DNA from: a virus
Reading direction: 5' to 3' (one strand)
DNA: 64,000 bases
Virus record (IMG/VR): IMGVR_UViG_3300030419_007641
Span: 132,878-196,877 of that record
Part shown: in pieces, positions 38,501 to 48,625 of the stretch
Position numbering within the stretch: the stretch's first letter is position 1
Layout of the letters: every line of letters begins with the position of its first letter
Notes under the pieces: model-generated
Databases searched by the model: none
What the model saw: the letters and a program-made list of their open reading frames with translations, nothing else
Told to the model about the DNA's origin: nothing
Program-made: the position numbers and the translations under genes

Positions 38501-38647
38501 ATGGCCAAGGAAAAAAACAAAATTATTAAATTTATAGAAGAGGTTTCTAATAAAAATTATGCCCAGGCTAATAAATATTTAAAGAGCCTCATCGAGGATA
38601 AAATAACAAAAAAAATCGATAAGGCTACAGACAAACCACTCTTTTAA
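38501..38647 (+). CDS. Small prohead core protein (gp67/gp68 position), 48 aa, not in the ORF track
   Basis: MAKEKNKIIKFIEEVSNKNYAQANKYLKSLIEDKITKKIDKATDKPLF; TAAATA upstream; lies between gp21 and gp22. Confidence 0.6.
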   Translation: MAKEKNKIIKFIEEVSNKNYAQANKYLKSLIEDKITKKIDKATDKPLF

Positions 38648-38649
38648 TC

Positions 38650-39504
38650 ATGGCAGCAAAAAAACAAGTATTACCTAAACAAGCAACAGATGTACTTACT
38701 GAAGAATCAGTAAGTGCTATAGAAGATGCTATTAAAGATAAAGTAGAGTTACAAGTAGAAGCAGCTCTTACTCAGCAAGATGATATATATGCTGAAAAGC
38801 TTCAAGAGCTTGTAACGGCAATCGACAAAGACCATACATCTAAATTAAATAGAGTGGTTGAAGCTGTTGACAGTAACAACGCCAATAAATTACTTAAAGT
38901 TGTTAATCGATATGAAAAAGAGCTCAATTCTAAAGCTAGTGGTTTTAAAGAAACATTAGTAGAATCTATTTCTGATTATCTTGAAGAGTACGTTGACGAG
39001 GTAATTCCCCAACAAGCTATTTTAGAAGCAACTCAAAACAGAACTGCTATAGAGGTTCTTGCTAATTTAAGAAAGGTTCTTGCTGTCGATTCAACACTAA
39101 TGAGCGAATCCGTTAAAGAAGCTGTTGTTGATGGTAAAGCACAAATTGACGAATTACGCAATGATCTGAAAAAGCTACAAAAAGAGAATAAGCTCCTTAA
39201 AGAAGCTTATACTACTACCAAAGCAGACTTAATATTAGAATCTAAAACAGCACATCTCACCGGTAAGAAAAAAGAATATATGATGAGAATTCTCGGTGAT
39301 AAGTCTCCAAAGTTTATTGAAGAGAATTTTGATTATACTGAGCGACTTTTTGATAAAAAGGAGAAAGAGAGACTTAGTGTTATTAAAGAAGAGGCATTTA
39401 CACAGCGTAAGGTCAAAGCTGATGCCCCTCGTCCAAAAATTTCAGAGAAGAAAAAGGATCCCCGTAACCCATATTTAGAGGAGTTGCAGAGACATCACAA
39501 ATAA
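38650..39504 (+). CDS. gp22: Prohead scaffold protein
   Basis: Coiled-coil acidic protein with SDYLEEYV and C-terminal NPYL; synteny gp21-gp22-gp23. Confidence 0.85.
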   Translation: MAAKKQVLPKQATDVLTEESVSAIEDAIKDKVELQVEAALTQQDDIYAEKLQELVTAIDKDHTSKLNRVVEAVDSNNANKLLKVVNRYEKELNSKASGFKETLVESISDYLEEYVDEVIPQQAILEATQNRTAIEVLANLRKVLAVDSTLMSESVKEAVVDGKAQIDELRNDLKKLQKENKLLKEAYTTTKADLILESKTAHLTGKKKEYMMRILGDKSPKFIEENFDYTERLFDKKEKERLSVIKEEAFTQRKVKADAPRPKISEKKKDPRNPYLEELQRHHK

Positions 39505-39587
39505 TTTCAACCCTGAACAATGAGGTGCTTGTCACCTGAGTATCTTGGGACTAGATCCCATGAGGTAAAAATGAAAGGAAACGTCTA

Positions 39588-41114
39588 ATGAATAACAAAC
39601 CACAATCATTTATCGATAGAGATAGAGCAGACTTACTTCTTGAGAAGTGGGCACCTGTTCTTGACTATTCTTCTGATAGTGTTAAGCCCATTGAGGACGA
39701 TCATACCCGTTTAAATACTGCCATGCTTCTTGAGAACCAAGAAAAATGGTGTATTGAGGAAGGATCAACTGCAGGAGCAACTCCTGGAGGTTCTTTCGGT
39801 AACGGTGCTACTGTTGGTGGTGTATATAACCCCATTACCAACGATGTAAACTCCAGTGACTCTTATGCCACTGGTGATGCCCGTCTTCCAAAAGTGCTTA
39901 TTCCGATGATTCGTCGTACGTTCCCTGAGCTTATCACCAATGAAATCGTTGGTGTCCAGCCTATGTCAGGTCCTGTTGGACTTGCATTTGCCCTTCGTTA
40001 TGCTTATCAGTCCGAAAACTTAGGTACCGGTACTGATGGCACTACAACTCGCGATAGCAATACCGGTGCAGGAAATATTCCTAACACCCAAGCTACGTTA
40101 GATGAGTATAACGGAGCAGAAGGACTTCCCGCTGATGAACTTGGTTATCAATTGCTTGATACCCGGTTCACCGGTTCATCCTCTACGAGGTTGTCCGGTG
40201 CTGCAGACTGGTACTTTGCAGCACAAGATCAAGGTGTAGCTCAGATTCTTTCCGCTTTTGAGATTACTGGTAACATTCCTCAGGTTGAGGTTAAGTTCGA
40301 GAAAACAGCAGTTGAGGCCGGCACACGCCGTCTTGGCGCACGCTGGTCTGTCGAGCTTGAGCAAGACCTTAAGAACATGAATGGTATTGATATTGACGCC
40401 GAGATCACAAACGCTATGTCGTATGAGATTCAAGCTGAGATCGACCGTGAAATGCTCATGAGAATGATCCAGGCAGCTCTTGGTCAGGAAGGAACCGCCG
40501 GCTATTCTACATGGTCACCTGCTTCTGCAGATGGTCGTTGGATGGTTGAGCGTAATAGGGACTTTTATCAGCGTCTTATCATTGAAGCCAATCGCATTGC
40601 CGTACGTAACAGACGTGGAGCTGCTAACTTTGTTGTTGCTACTCCTCGTGTTTGCGCCATCCTTGAGATGCTCCCTGAATTCCAGTGGGTACCTGTACAA
40701 GGTGACGTAAATACTCAGCCTGTGGGTATTGCAAAGGTTGGTTCGCTTGGTGGAAGATTTAACGTTTACCGTGATACCAGAACTGAAGTACAGGGGAGTC
40801 CTAGTTATAACTCGCCAAGTTCAGAGGCATATTCTAGAGGAAGTGGAGGTGCACTCACCACTACTGGAATCGAGTATGCACTTCTTGGCTACAAGGGCCC
40901 TGAGTTCTACGATACTGGTATCATTTATTGTCCTTACATTCCTGTCATGGTACAGAGAACCATCGGTCCAAACGATTTTGCGCCACGCGTTGGCTTGCTT
41001 ACTCGTTATGGTGTTGTTGACAACATCTTTGGAGCGCATCTCTACTACCATGTCATTATTGTTCAGGGACTCGGTATCGCGTTCACTCCAGCTTCTCAGT
41101 CGGTGTACTTCTAA
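39588..41114 (+). CDS. gp23: Major capsid protein
   Basis: EKWAPVL, LENQE, RRTFPEL..VGVQPMSGP.GLAF, EIQAEIDRE, YCPYIP and TRYG motifs. Confidence 0.97.
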   Translation: MNNKPQSFIDRDRADLLLEKWAPVLDYSSDSVKPIEDDHTRLNTAMLLENQEKWCIEEGSTAGATPGGSFGNGATVGGVYNPITNDVNSSDSYATGDARLPKVLIPMIRRTFPELITNEIVGVQPMSGPVGLAFALRYAYQSENLGTGTDGTTTRDSNTGAGNIPNTQATLDEYNGAEGLPADELGYQLLDTRFTGSSSTRLSGAADWYFAAQDQGVAQILSAFEITGNIPQVEVKFEKTAVEAGTRRLGARWSVELEQDLKNMNGIDIDAEITNAMSYEIQAEIDREMLMRMIQAALGQEGTAGYSTWSPASADGRWMVERNRDFYQRLIIEANRIAVRNRRGAANFVVATPRVCAILEMLPEFQWVPVQGDVNTQPVGIAKVGSLGGRFNVYRDTRTEVQGSPSYNSPSSEAYSRGSGGALTTTGIEYALLGYKGPEFYDTGIIYCPYIPVMVQRTIGPNDFAPRVGLLTRYGVVDNIFGAHLYYHVIIVQGLGIAFTPASQSVYF

Positions 41115-41158
41115 TATTAGAACGTCGCTGATTAAGCAGCAGTCGAGAGACAACTTGA

Positions 41159-41192
41159 GAAACGGTGGGATGAAAGTCCCACCGTTTTTTTT
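41159..41192 (+). terminator. Rho-independent terminator after gp23
   Basis: AAACGGTGGGAT-GAAA-GTCCCACCGTTT hairpin with a GNRA loop, followed by a T run. Confidence 0.9.
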
Positions 41193-41236
41193 GTATAAGT
41201 TTAAGTAAATAGGTACTAATTACCATAAATATTCAT

Positions 41237-41782
41237 ATGGCAGACTTTATATCTTTTGACCAAGGCGTTTATACATTTCAGGATGTGGATGAACGGTTCG
41301 CAAAACCAAATATTATCCCAACAAATGCAGCGCAATCATATGGAATGACCATATCTGCAGTTGATACTAAAACAAGCAAAACCATACTTAGTATTATATC
41401 ACCAGGAAGTAAAGGAAATGTTGGTCTTACTACCGGTAATAAAGCAATTTCAGCTGTCGGTGTATTATTTAATTACACAGGTGGTCAGACTAGTATGAAC
41501 AGTGTATCTACTCGCTGCATTTCTCTAAGTGCACCACACCATGGTGGAGGTGTTAATACAGTTATAGCTACATCTATTTCATCAGCTTTTGACTGTGCTG
41601 TTATTTATGGTGATCATACAACCATACGATATGCACCATCTGCATATACAGACGGTAAAGTACAAGAAGGAGGCGGAATTGCACCTACACAGCCATGTGA
41701 CATGTCCGAACCAGGAGTTACTACTAGTACAGATGCTGTTGGCCCAAATATTAGACGTCTTGTAAATTCAGGCTACCTATAG
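41237..41782 (+). CDS. Hypothetical late protein, possible capsid decoration
   Basis: CATAAATA upstream; Ser/Thr-rich; directly follows gp23. Confidence 0.5.
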   Translation: MADFISFDQGVYTFQDVDERFAKPNIIPTNAAQSYGMTISAVDTKTSKTILSIISPGSKGNVGLTTGNKAISAVGVLFNYTGGQTSMNSVSTRCISLSAPHHGGGVNTVIATSISSAFDCAVIYGDHTTIRYAPSAYTDGKVQEGGGIAPTQPCDMSEPGVTTSTDAVGPNIRRLVNSGYL

Positions 41783-41784
41783 GA

Positions 41785-42057
41785 TTAATCGTCAGTAGTC
41801 TGAATCCAATCATCTGGAAGCTCTTCTAGCAATGCGCTAGTCTCTGCACCTGTCAAGAGATTTCTATAATCTCTATCCGGGTCATCTGTAAAGATATGTA
41901 AAGCAGCACGTGGATTAGTATCCGTTTCCTCTACTATAACACCCCATATATATCTGGAACCATTTGGATCTCCTTTGTGATATGCGAGACCCTCATCAAT
42001 TCCAGCTTGTTCACTGCGAGCTAACGCATCAGCTTCGTTGTTATATAATAAGTACAT
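41785..42057 (-). CDS. Small hypothetical partner of the lectin-fold protein
   Basis: 90-aa ORF coupled to the upstream gene by a TAATG-type overlap. Confidence 0.55.
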   Translation of the reverse strand: MYLLYNNEADALARSEQAGIDEGLAYHKGDPNGSRYIWGVIVEETDTNPRAALHIFTDDPDRDYRNLLTGAETSALLEELPDDWIQTTDD

Positions 42058-43013
42058 TAGAATCGATTATAAAATTGGTTTAGAGCATCGGAGGATGCAC
42101 CAGATACAGGTCTTTGATCCGTGGGCCACCATACTACTTCATTAACATAGCCCGACATAGAATTTGATGAACCTGAATATCTTGCAAATAGCCGAGCTCC
42201 ATATTGATCATTATCACCTACAGTACCAGCAGCTTCTTCATTATTTAAAAGAAATACAGATCTGGTGCCATTCCAAACTGCAAACCAAATTTTACTGCCT
42301 GCTGTTTTATTAGAGTCTACAATAAGAGTGTAATCACTACCCCCCGCATATATTCCTGAATCATCATTATTAAAGAAACTACCAAGAATATTACGTGTAC
42401 TAGAAGATGTACCTTCCCACCAATATTTGTTACCTCCTGATCCAGCGGAAGTATCTGCACCTACAACTGAAATGCTGTTCGGATGGGCTATTGTACCCCA
42501 TTGAGCAACATCCATTGGGTCTTGAGATAAATAAAGAGCCGGGGTGCCTTGATCCTTCCCCTCACTGGCAGCTGCACCATAACTTAATTTCCCGTTATAT
42601 ATTGCTCGAGGCTGATAAGAAGTTACAGATTGTTCAGCATTACGACCATTACCACTCTGATCATACCATATCTTCATGTACGCACTTGAAGTTGAGATGC
42701 TATCGGGATCATCATAACCGCTACTGTCGCAAAACTCACCTAAGTTTGTTGCATTAGAGCCGCTAGAAAAGTTATCAACCGGTGAATCTAAGGAATACCC
42801 CATCCTGGCATCAAAATGTACATCTGCTTCTTCATTATCTGCCGATCGACGCAGTCTAAGTATGGGTCCGCTATATCCTGTGCGTAATCTACGTAAAGAG
42901 AAGGCTACATCAGCTCCAGGAAATTGATCAAGTAAAAACCCGGCTGCACCTGGAGTTTTATTTGCAGATGTGACACTCATCCCCGTGGTCATATTTGTTG
43001 GAGATAAAAACAT
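42057..43013 (-). CDS. Arabinofuranosidase-B-catalytic/LamG (concanavalin A-like) virion protein
   Basis: AFSLRRLRTGYSGP..RLRRSADN.E.D and WYDQSGNGRN motifs. Confidence 0.7.
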   Translation of the reverse strand: MFLSPTNMTTGMSVTSANKTPGAAGFLLDQFPGADVAFSLRRLRTGYSGPILRLRRSADNEEADVHFDARMGYSLDSPVDNFSSGSNATNLGEFCDSSGYDDPDSISTSSAYMKIWYDQSGNGRNAEQSVTSYQPRAIYNGKLSYGAAASEGKDQGTPALYLSQDPMDVAQWGTIAHPNSISVVGADTSAGSGGNKYWWEGTSSSTRNILGSFFNNDDSGIYAGGSDYTLIVDSNKTAGSKIWFAVWNGTRSVFLLNNEEAAGTVGDNDQYGARLFARYSGSSNSMSGYVNEVVWWPTDQRPVSGASSDALNQFYNRF

Positions 43014-46000
43014 TAGCTAGGTAGTGAGAAGTTATACTGCACCCCGCCATATAAATTAGTACCATCACTCCAGAAAGTTAATATATCCACGGCATTAGCA
43101 CCTGTTGTTAATGTAGGTGCAACACCACCTGGCCAATGATATGCATATCCTGTTGACAAAGTTCTTGACCCGGTACCATCTTGTACTACTTTAAGGATAT
43201 AAGACCCTTGTGCCAAATTAGATGGGTTATGTAAACACCTATTACCGCCTAATGTTACGGTAGCGGCATGCCCTTTGCATGCGTCCCATGTCATTTCCGC
43301 TTCATCTGTTATAGTGGTGTAATTAGTCTGTGCAGTTTGAATAAGATTTTTAGAGCTTATAGTACCAGCAACAGAAAATGTTGCCCTAGTAGTATCACAT
43401 GTCCTAATACCCACACAATTATTAGTCCCGATACTAATTGCAGCGTAATTATTTTGTGTAATAGCTACAGGGTAATCATTACCGGTCCCCATTACCATGG
43501 CGTTAGCTGGAATTCTCAATGAAGTAGCAGCATTACCATTCAAGAATACATTACCACATACACCACCACCGTCTTGTATTAACTTAATTTTTGGGTTATC
43601 ACTCTCACCTGAGTTATCTGTATCAGCTTCTAATACAAGAGCTACATCGCCCTTGCTCTTAATATGTAAACCAGCTTCGTTATCTCCAGCTGTAGGAAGT
43701 AAGAAATGATTTGAATCATTAGAAATACCGACTTTGGATCCTAAGTAACTCCATTCACTACCAGGCGCGCCTACAACACCAGCGCTGAGCGTACCAAGTG
43801 CGCTTATATTACCAGCTACAGTAAGTGCTTCTAATGGTGCATTTGTACCAATACCAACACTACCACCAAAGTAACTTGTACCTGCTACCGCAGCTGCACT
43901 AAGGCCTCCTGTAGCGCTTACGTCCCCTACAATCGATAATTTAGCATCGGGAGTTGTATCACCAAGCCCCAAATTACCACTCCCCATTATTACTGTCGGG
44001 TTTGTACCATAGTTAGTAACACATACAAGTTTAGTTGTGTCAGCAACTGCACTACCAGCCGCGTGACCACCTATCTTACCTTGAATATTAATAGCAGGTG
44101 ATGATGTGGTATCGGCTCTTAAACCACCTAGTAAATTTAAACCTATACAATTTGAGCAGTAATTATAACCAATTACAGTAGGGTCTAGCTTATTATTACC
44201 ACTATTATTATTACCAATACCTACGTAACTTGAAGCATCGTCAGAAACTTGAAATTGTGCGATTAGTTCTGAAGTTGATGCTGTTGCAGGTGCAATAATA
44301 TGAAGAGGGTAACCTGGTCTATGTGTACCAATACCAACACTGCCGCCAAAGTAACTAGTACCTGCTACCGCAGCTGCACTCAGACCTTTTGTAGCGCTTA
44401 TATCACCTACAATGGATAATTTAGCCCCGGGTCTATTAATACCTACGCCGACGTTACCATTAAAGTAGTTACTTTCTACATTACATGTGGAACTTAGCCC
44501 TCCATTAAGGACACACACACCCTTATCCTGTATTATTGTACAATTGGAATCACTGGTAATAAATTTAGGCGAGCAAGTGCAACTCGAAAAGCATCCACAT
44601 GCACCTTTAACATTATAAGTTGCGCATACATTACCACTTCCATCCATGCAAGAATATCCGGTCTTAACCACTGCCCCGCAAACGCAGGTACTACCGCATA
44701 TACACGGACTGGCAACCTGTGTACTAAAACAACCATAAGAACCGCAGACATTACCACTTCCATCAAAGCAAGAATACCCATCAGTAACACATGCACCGCA
44801 GACGCAGCTACCGCCATATACTATACCACTACCTGCGCAAATATTACCAGAACTGCAGAACAACCCACCACATACAGAAGTTTTACCGCATACATCAATT
44901 CCACATAATTTGTCCGCACTCGCGGTGCCTGCTACAGTAAGTGCTTGACTAGGCCTAATAGTCCCAATACCAACATTACCACCGAAATAGCTATTACCTG
45001 CTACTGCAGCTGCACTAAGACCTTTTGTAGCACTTATACTACCAACTACTGATAAGTCACCACCAATATCATGCCCATCAGAAGTAATAGTTCCTGTAAC
45101 ATCAACCCCGGTGCTTTGTGTTTTAAGCTTCTCGCTACCGTCATAATATAACTGAACACATGAGTTGGCGCGAATTGCGACCCCGCCCTCCCCGCTCTTT
45201 CCTTGCAAGTAAATGTTACCATCTGGTTCTCTAATAATTAAATTACCACCCGTTCCACCTTGTATATATGATGCACCGTCTGCATTACATTTCCACATTG
45301 ATAAATCCGAGTCGTTTCCCAATGCTAAAACACAATCATCTCCTAAATGAAGTGATTCTGTTGGTCTATTAATACCGATACCAACATTATCAGAAAAATA
45401 AATATTACCTCCTGTTGCGCTTAGACCATCATTAGCGCTAAGCTTTCCAGAGATAGTAAAATCACCATTGATATCAAACCCAGTTAATTCATATTGCGTA
45501 ACATCAATAACTTTAACAAATGCAGAGGTTGCATCTATTGTTGTAGCGCATAATGTACCAAAAATAGTTGCATCTTGTGCTGTTAATCCCTGAGTAGAAA
45601 CAGAAGTGGTGGTAGTTCCTCCACCCCCTCCACTACTAGTCCCAAATATATCAAGTAAATTTGTACCACCTGATAAAATATTACCTACAACATTCAGCTC
45701 CCCGTTCATCGTACCCCCTGCAGCAAACTGCGTCGCTACCGAACCACCCCCGCCCATCATTTCTACAGATTTTTTAAGAGATAATATTTGCTGATTAAAA
45801 GATTGATTAAGATTGGTTTGTATATCTCTTTGAATTTTTTTAGGATCGATTTTTATATTCTTTTCGCCATATTTTTCTATAACAATACCAGGTGTATCAT
45901 TTTTAATCTGAGAAATTGTATGTAAAAGATCTGTTTTGCTTTCCTCAATAAGGTCATATACAGCTTTTTTATTTTCCTCTGATCGGTATAGCACCTCAGA

Positions 46001-47053
46001 TTCAAAACTTTCTTTAACTAAAGATATTTTTTCATCATAGTAATCCTTAACTTTTTGTTCAGCATTTATAAATTTAGTATCAATAGACTCCTTTAAAATA
46101 GATATGTCGCTATCGATATCCTTTTTAACATTTCCTATTCTACTTAAGGCTCTATTAACACCTTTAATGATACTATCATTAATTTCTGTGTTTACTTTTT
46201 CTAAAGTAACAATATCGCTTTTAATCTCTGTAATTTTTTTGTTTTGAGATTCTTGCTTTTTATCTACTTTTGATTGAAGATAATTCTCAATTGATTCAGC
46301 ACTAGACGTGGAACGCTCTTCTATTAAATCTGTTATCTTTGTAACGTATATATCTTTGGTTAAAGATTCAACCTTTTCTTGTAATGCTTCTGTGGATTTT
46401 TTATAATTGCTTTCAATATTTAAAGTAAAATCAGAAGTGTATTTTTCAATACTATTATTAATATAGTCTGATAATTTTTCTTCTGTTTCTTCATTATAAT
46501 TAAATATTTGAGCTTTTGTATCTTCTGTAATATTTAAAAATTCTTCTATTAGAGATTTATGAGCTTCTTTTAACAGTGTGTTAAATTTTTCTTCTCTAAG
46601 CTTTAGTTCACTATCAGCTTCTTGAAGTTTAAGCTCTTTAATTTTTTCTGCATACTCCTTGGCAGCGAGTCTAGCATTTTTTATATCTTTAAGAATATCG
46701 TCTTTTTTCTCTAAAACTATATCCTCAACTACCTCTTCTTGCTCAAATATACTAAGATCATGCTCAGGTATATCTGTCGACCCTACAAAAGTAGTATTAT
46801 TTTCATTAAATAATACCTCAAATTTACCCTCTCTAAGGACAAATGGTGCAGAATATTCCTTACTACCTTTTACTACTGGTATATTTACAACAGGCGCGCC
46901 TTTATATTGGCTCCTTTTTTCTGCAATAAACTTACTACCATTTATCTCAAATTCATAAACATCGAAGAAAACTTCTTCTAAACTTTCAACGGTTAAGATG
47001 TTAAGATCTGAGCTAGTAAAGGTAGGTTCTACCTTTTCGCTAAACAGTCTCAT
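43013..47053 (-). CDS. Large fibre/adhesin-like virion protein (coiled-coil N-terminus, GIGT repeats, Cys-rich segment)
   Basis: Repeated NVGIG(T/I)..P motifs; C-terminal QDGTGSRT..WPGG.AP.LT...DI..F phage-fibre domain; TTAAATA upstream. Confidence 0.75.
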   Translation of the reverse strand: MRLFSEKVEPTFTSSDLNILTVESLEEVFFDVYEFEINGSKFIAEKRSQYKGAPVVNIPVVKGSKEYSAPFVLREGKFEVLFNENNTTFVGSTDIPEHDLSIFEQEEVVEDIVLEKKDDILKDIKNARLAAKEYAEKIKELKLQEADSELKLREEKFNTLLKEAHKSLIEEFLNITEDTKAQIFNYNEETEEKLSDYINNSIEKYTSDFTLNIESNYKKSTEALQEKVESLTKDIYVTKITDLIEERSTSSAESIENYLQSKVDKKQESQNKKITEIKSDIVTLEKVNTEINDSIIKGVNRALSRIGNVKKDIDSDISILKESIDTKFINAEQKVKDYYDEKISLVKESFESEVLYRSEENKKAVYDLIEESKTDLLHTISQIKNDTPGIVIEKYGEKNIKIDPKKIQRDIQTNLNQSFNQQILSLKKSVEMMGGGGSVATQFAAGGTMNGELNVVGNILSGGTNLLDIFGTSSGGGGGTTTTSVSTQGLTAQDATIFGTLCATTIDATSAFVKVIDVTQYELTGFDINGDFTISGKLSANDGLSATGGNIYFSDNVGIGINRPTESLHLGDDCVLALGNDSDLSMWKCNADGASYIQGGTGGNLIIREPDGNIYLQGKSGEGGVAIRANSCVQLYYDGSEKLKTQSTGVDVTGTITSDGHDIGGDLSVVGSISATKGLSAAAVAGNSYFGGNVGIGTIRPSQALTVAGTASADKLCGIDVCGKTSVCGGLFCSSGNICAGSGIVYGGSCVCGACVTDGYSCFDGSGNVCGSYGCFSTQVASPCICGSTCVCGAVVKTGYSCMDGSGNVCATYNVKGACGCFSSCTCSPKFITSDSNCTIIQDKGVCVLNGGLSSTCNVESNYFNGNVGVGINRPGAKLSIVGDISATKGLSAAAVAGTSYFGGSVGIGTHRPGYPLHIIAPATASTSELIAQFQVSDDASSYVGIGNNNSGNNKLDPTVIGYNYCSNCIGLNLLGGLRADTTSSPAINIQGKIGGHAAGSAVADTTKLVCVTNYGTNPTVIMGSGNLGLGDTTPDAKLSIVGDVSATGGLSAAAVAGTSYFGGSVGIGTNAPLEALTVAGNISALGTLSAGVVGAPGSEWSYLGSKVGISNDSNHFLLPTAGDNEAGLHIKSKGDVALVLEADTDNSGESDNPKIKLIQDGGGVCGNVFLNGNAATSLRIPANAMVMGTGNDYPVAITQNNYAAISIGTNNCVGIRTCDTTRATFSVAGTISSKNLIQTAQTNYTTITDEAEMTWDACKGHAATVTLGGNRCLHNPSNLAQGSYILKVVQDGTGSRTLSTGYAYHWPGGVAPTLTTGANAVDILTFWSDGTNLYGGVQYNFSLPS
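43846..45050 (-). repeat. Three imperfect ~70-bp direct repeats encoding (S)IVGDISATKGLSAAAVAGTSYFGG.VGIGT
   Basis: CCTGCTAC(C/T)GCAGCTGCACT..G.CCT..TGTAGC.CTTA near 43861, 44341 and 44981. Confidence 0.85.
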
Positions 47054-47091
47054 TATGTACTAGTATTTAATACATATAGTATAAATTTAAA

Positions 47092-48027
47092 TCACTGTTT
47101 TGGAGTTTTTATATGTGGTACATCAACTTCACTTAAAGTATGATGTAGCAACTTTTTATGAGATGCGCGCTCTGGATTAATGTCAATACCACCTCTACGA
47201 GCGTATAGACAACGTACATTTAGTTCTTCCGGATTAATTGTATCCTTTATACGCTTATAGATAGCTTCACAAATTTCTTCATGAAAGTGACACTCATCTC
47301 TGAAAGAAACAATATATTGCAACAGTGAAATAGGGTCTACAGTATTTTTACCTTTTATATAAATATAAACATCTCCCCAATCAGGTTGCGAAGTAACACG
47401 GCAATTAGACTTAAGTAAAGCGCTATGATAATAAACTTTATCTGAAGGAGCATCCTCTATCTCTTGAAGCAAGTTTGGATCTTCTGAATATACAGAAAAT
47501 TTCACCTCATCGACAGGGTATTCATCTTCTAATGTAATATAATTAGGAGTACAATCTACACTATGCATCCACTCCAGTTTTGCGTTAAACATATTAACAT
47601 CACCTAAAACTCGAGCATTACTATGCACTTTAACTAGTACTTTAGTTTCAAGGAGCGCACTTAAATCAGATGCTGCCATTTTGCTAATTTGATCTAAAAC
47701 CTCTTCTGCACTATCACCCAGTTTAGTCATGTTAAATGAGTTAAAATACAACTTAATAGACTTAGATTCAACAATATACTTACTATCACAAGAATATACA
47801 ATCTTAGCTACACCAACTACCGGTAGTCCATTATTAGTAAGAGCTGATATTTCATATCCATTCCATGTATCATTACCGACAAAAGGTAGGTTATTATCTT
47901 CTAATCCTAGATGTGTCCTATTTGATTGACGAGGCTCTCGTACAAGAAGACCCGGATCATATGATGATTTATACTCAGACGTTTGTCCTAAATGTTTACT
48001 AACATTACTATTATCAAGTTTAGCCAT
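47092..48027 (-). CDS. queF: NADPH-dependent preQ0 reductase (bimodular QueF)
   Basis: VESKSIKLYFNSFN, LKSNCRVTSQPDWG, FHEEICE and YARRGGIDINP motifs. Confidence 0.95.
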   Translation of the reverse strand: MAKLDNSNVSKHLGQTSEYKSSYDPGLLVREPRQSNRTHLGLEDNNLPFVGNDTWNGYEISALTNNGLPVVGVAKIVYSCDSKYIVESKSIKLYFNSFNMTKLGDSAEEVLDQISKMAASDLSALLETKVLVKVHSNARVLGDVNMFNAKLEWMHSVDCTPNYITLEDEYPVDEVKFSVYSEDPNLLQEIEDAPSDKVYYHSALLKSNCRVTSQPDWGDVYIYIKGKNTVDPISLLQYIVSFRDECHFHEEICEAIYKRIKDTINPEELNVRCLYARRGGIDINPERASHKKLLHHTLSEVDVPHIKTPKQ

Positions 48028-48029
48028 AA

Positions 48030-48617
48030 TTAAATTTTAATATCGATATCACGTTTAGCAAGAGTTGACTTAATAGTCTCTAATCTTTCCTCTACACTAC
48101 CCTCAAGCATTACAACTTCACTATCTATATCCCCTCTTTCGAAATATATATTAAATATATTAATAATTTGATTTCGAAATCCCTTATCTACACTTCTCTC
48201 TCCATCATCTATTAACTTTACATCTTTAGGAGATGTATAAAAAATAATGTCATATTTATCTTTTAAATTTTGCCAAATTAGTTCACAGGCATCATAACAA
48301 CGCCTACTGATTTTATTGTTATCGAGCAACCATAGAGAATATACAATACCGTCTAATCCACACCTATCAAAGATCTGATGCACACCTCTAATTAGATGAT
48401 CAGCTTTATTTTTATAAACATTTCGAACATGCTCTGTCATAATAAGCATTTGAGTTAGATCACCGCCGCTCTCATTAATAGGCATGTTATACTCACGACT
48501 TACCAGTCTTGTAACTTCAGGTACAAATTCGAATGGGTAGCTACCATTTTTTTCATATAATGCTTTGAGTAAGGTAGTTTTACCAGTACTCTGAGCTCCA
48601 GTAAACGAACAAATCAT
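48030..48617 (-). CDS. P-loop nucleotide kinase (AAA_28-like)
   Basis: GAQSTGKTT, DRCGLDGIVY and DDGER motifs. Confidence 0.75.
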   Translation of the reverse strand: MICSFTGAQSTGKTTLLKALYEKNGSYPFEFVPEVTRLVSREYNMPINESGGDLTQMLIMTEHVRNVYKNKADHLIRGVHQIFDRCGLDGIVYSLWLLDNNKISRRCYDACELIWQNLKDKYDIIFYTSPKDVKLIDDGERSVDKGFRNQIINIFNIYFERGDIDSEVVMLEGSVEERLETIKSTLAKRDIDIKI

Positions 48618-48625
48618 ACTATATA

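Noticed and set aside
40176-41208. Several antisense or alternate-frame ORFs over gp23 (and similar ones over other genes, e.g. 653..996, 30063..30461, 50887..51363)
   Set aside because: They fully overlap well-supported genes, lack motifs and promoters, and are typical shadow ORFs
43846-45050. Diversity-generating retroelement template/variable repeats
   Set aside because: No reverse transcriptase in the window; all copies are in-frame coding repeats and the differences are not confined to adenines
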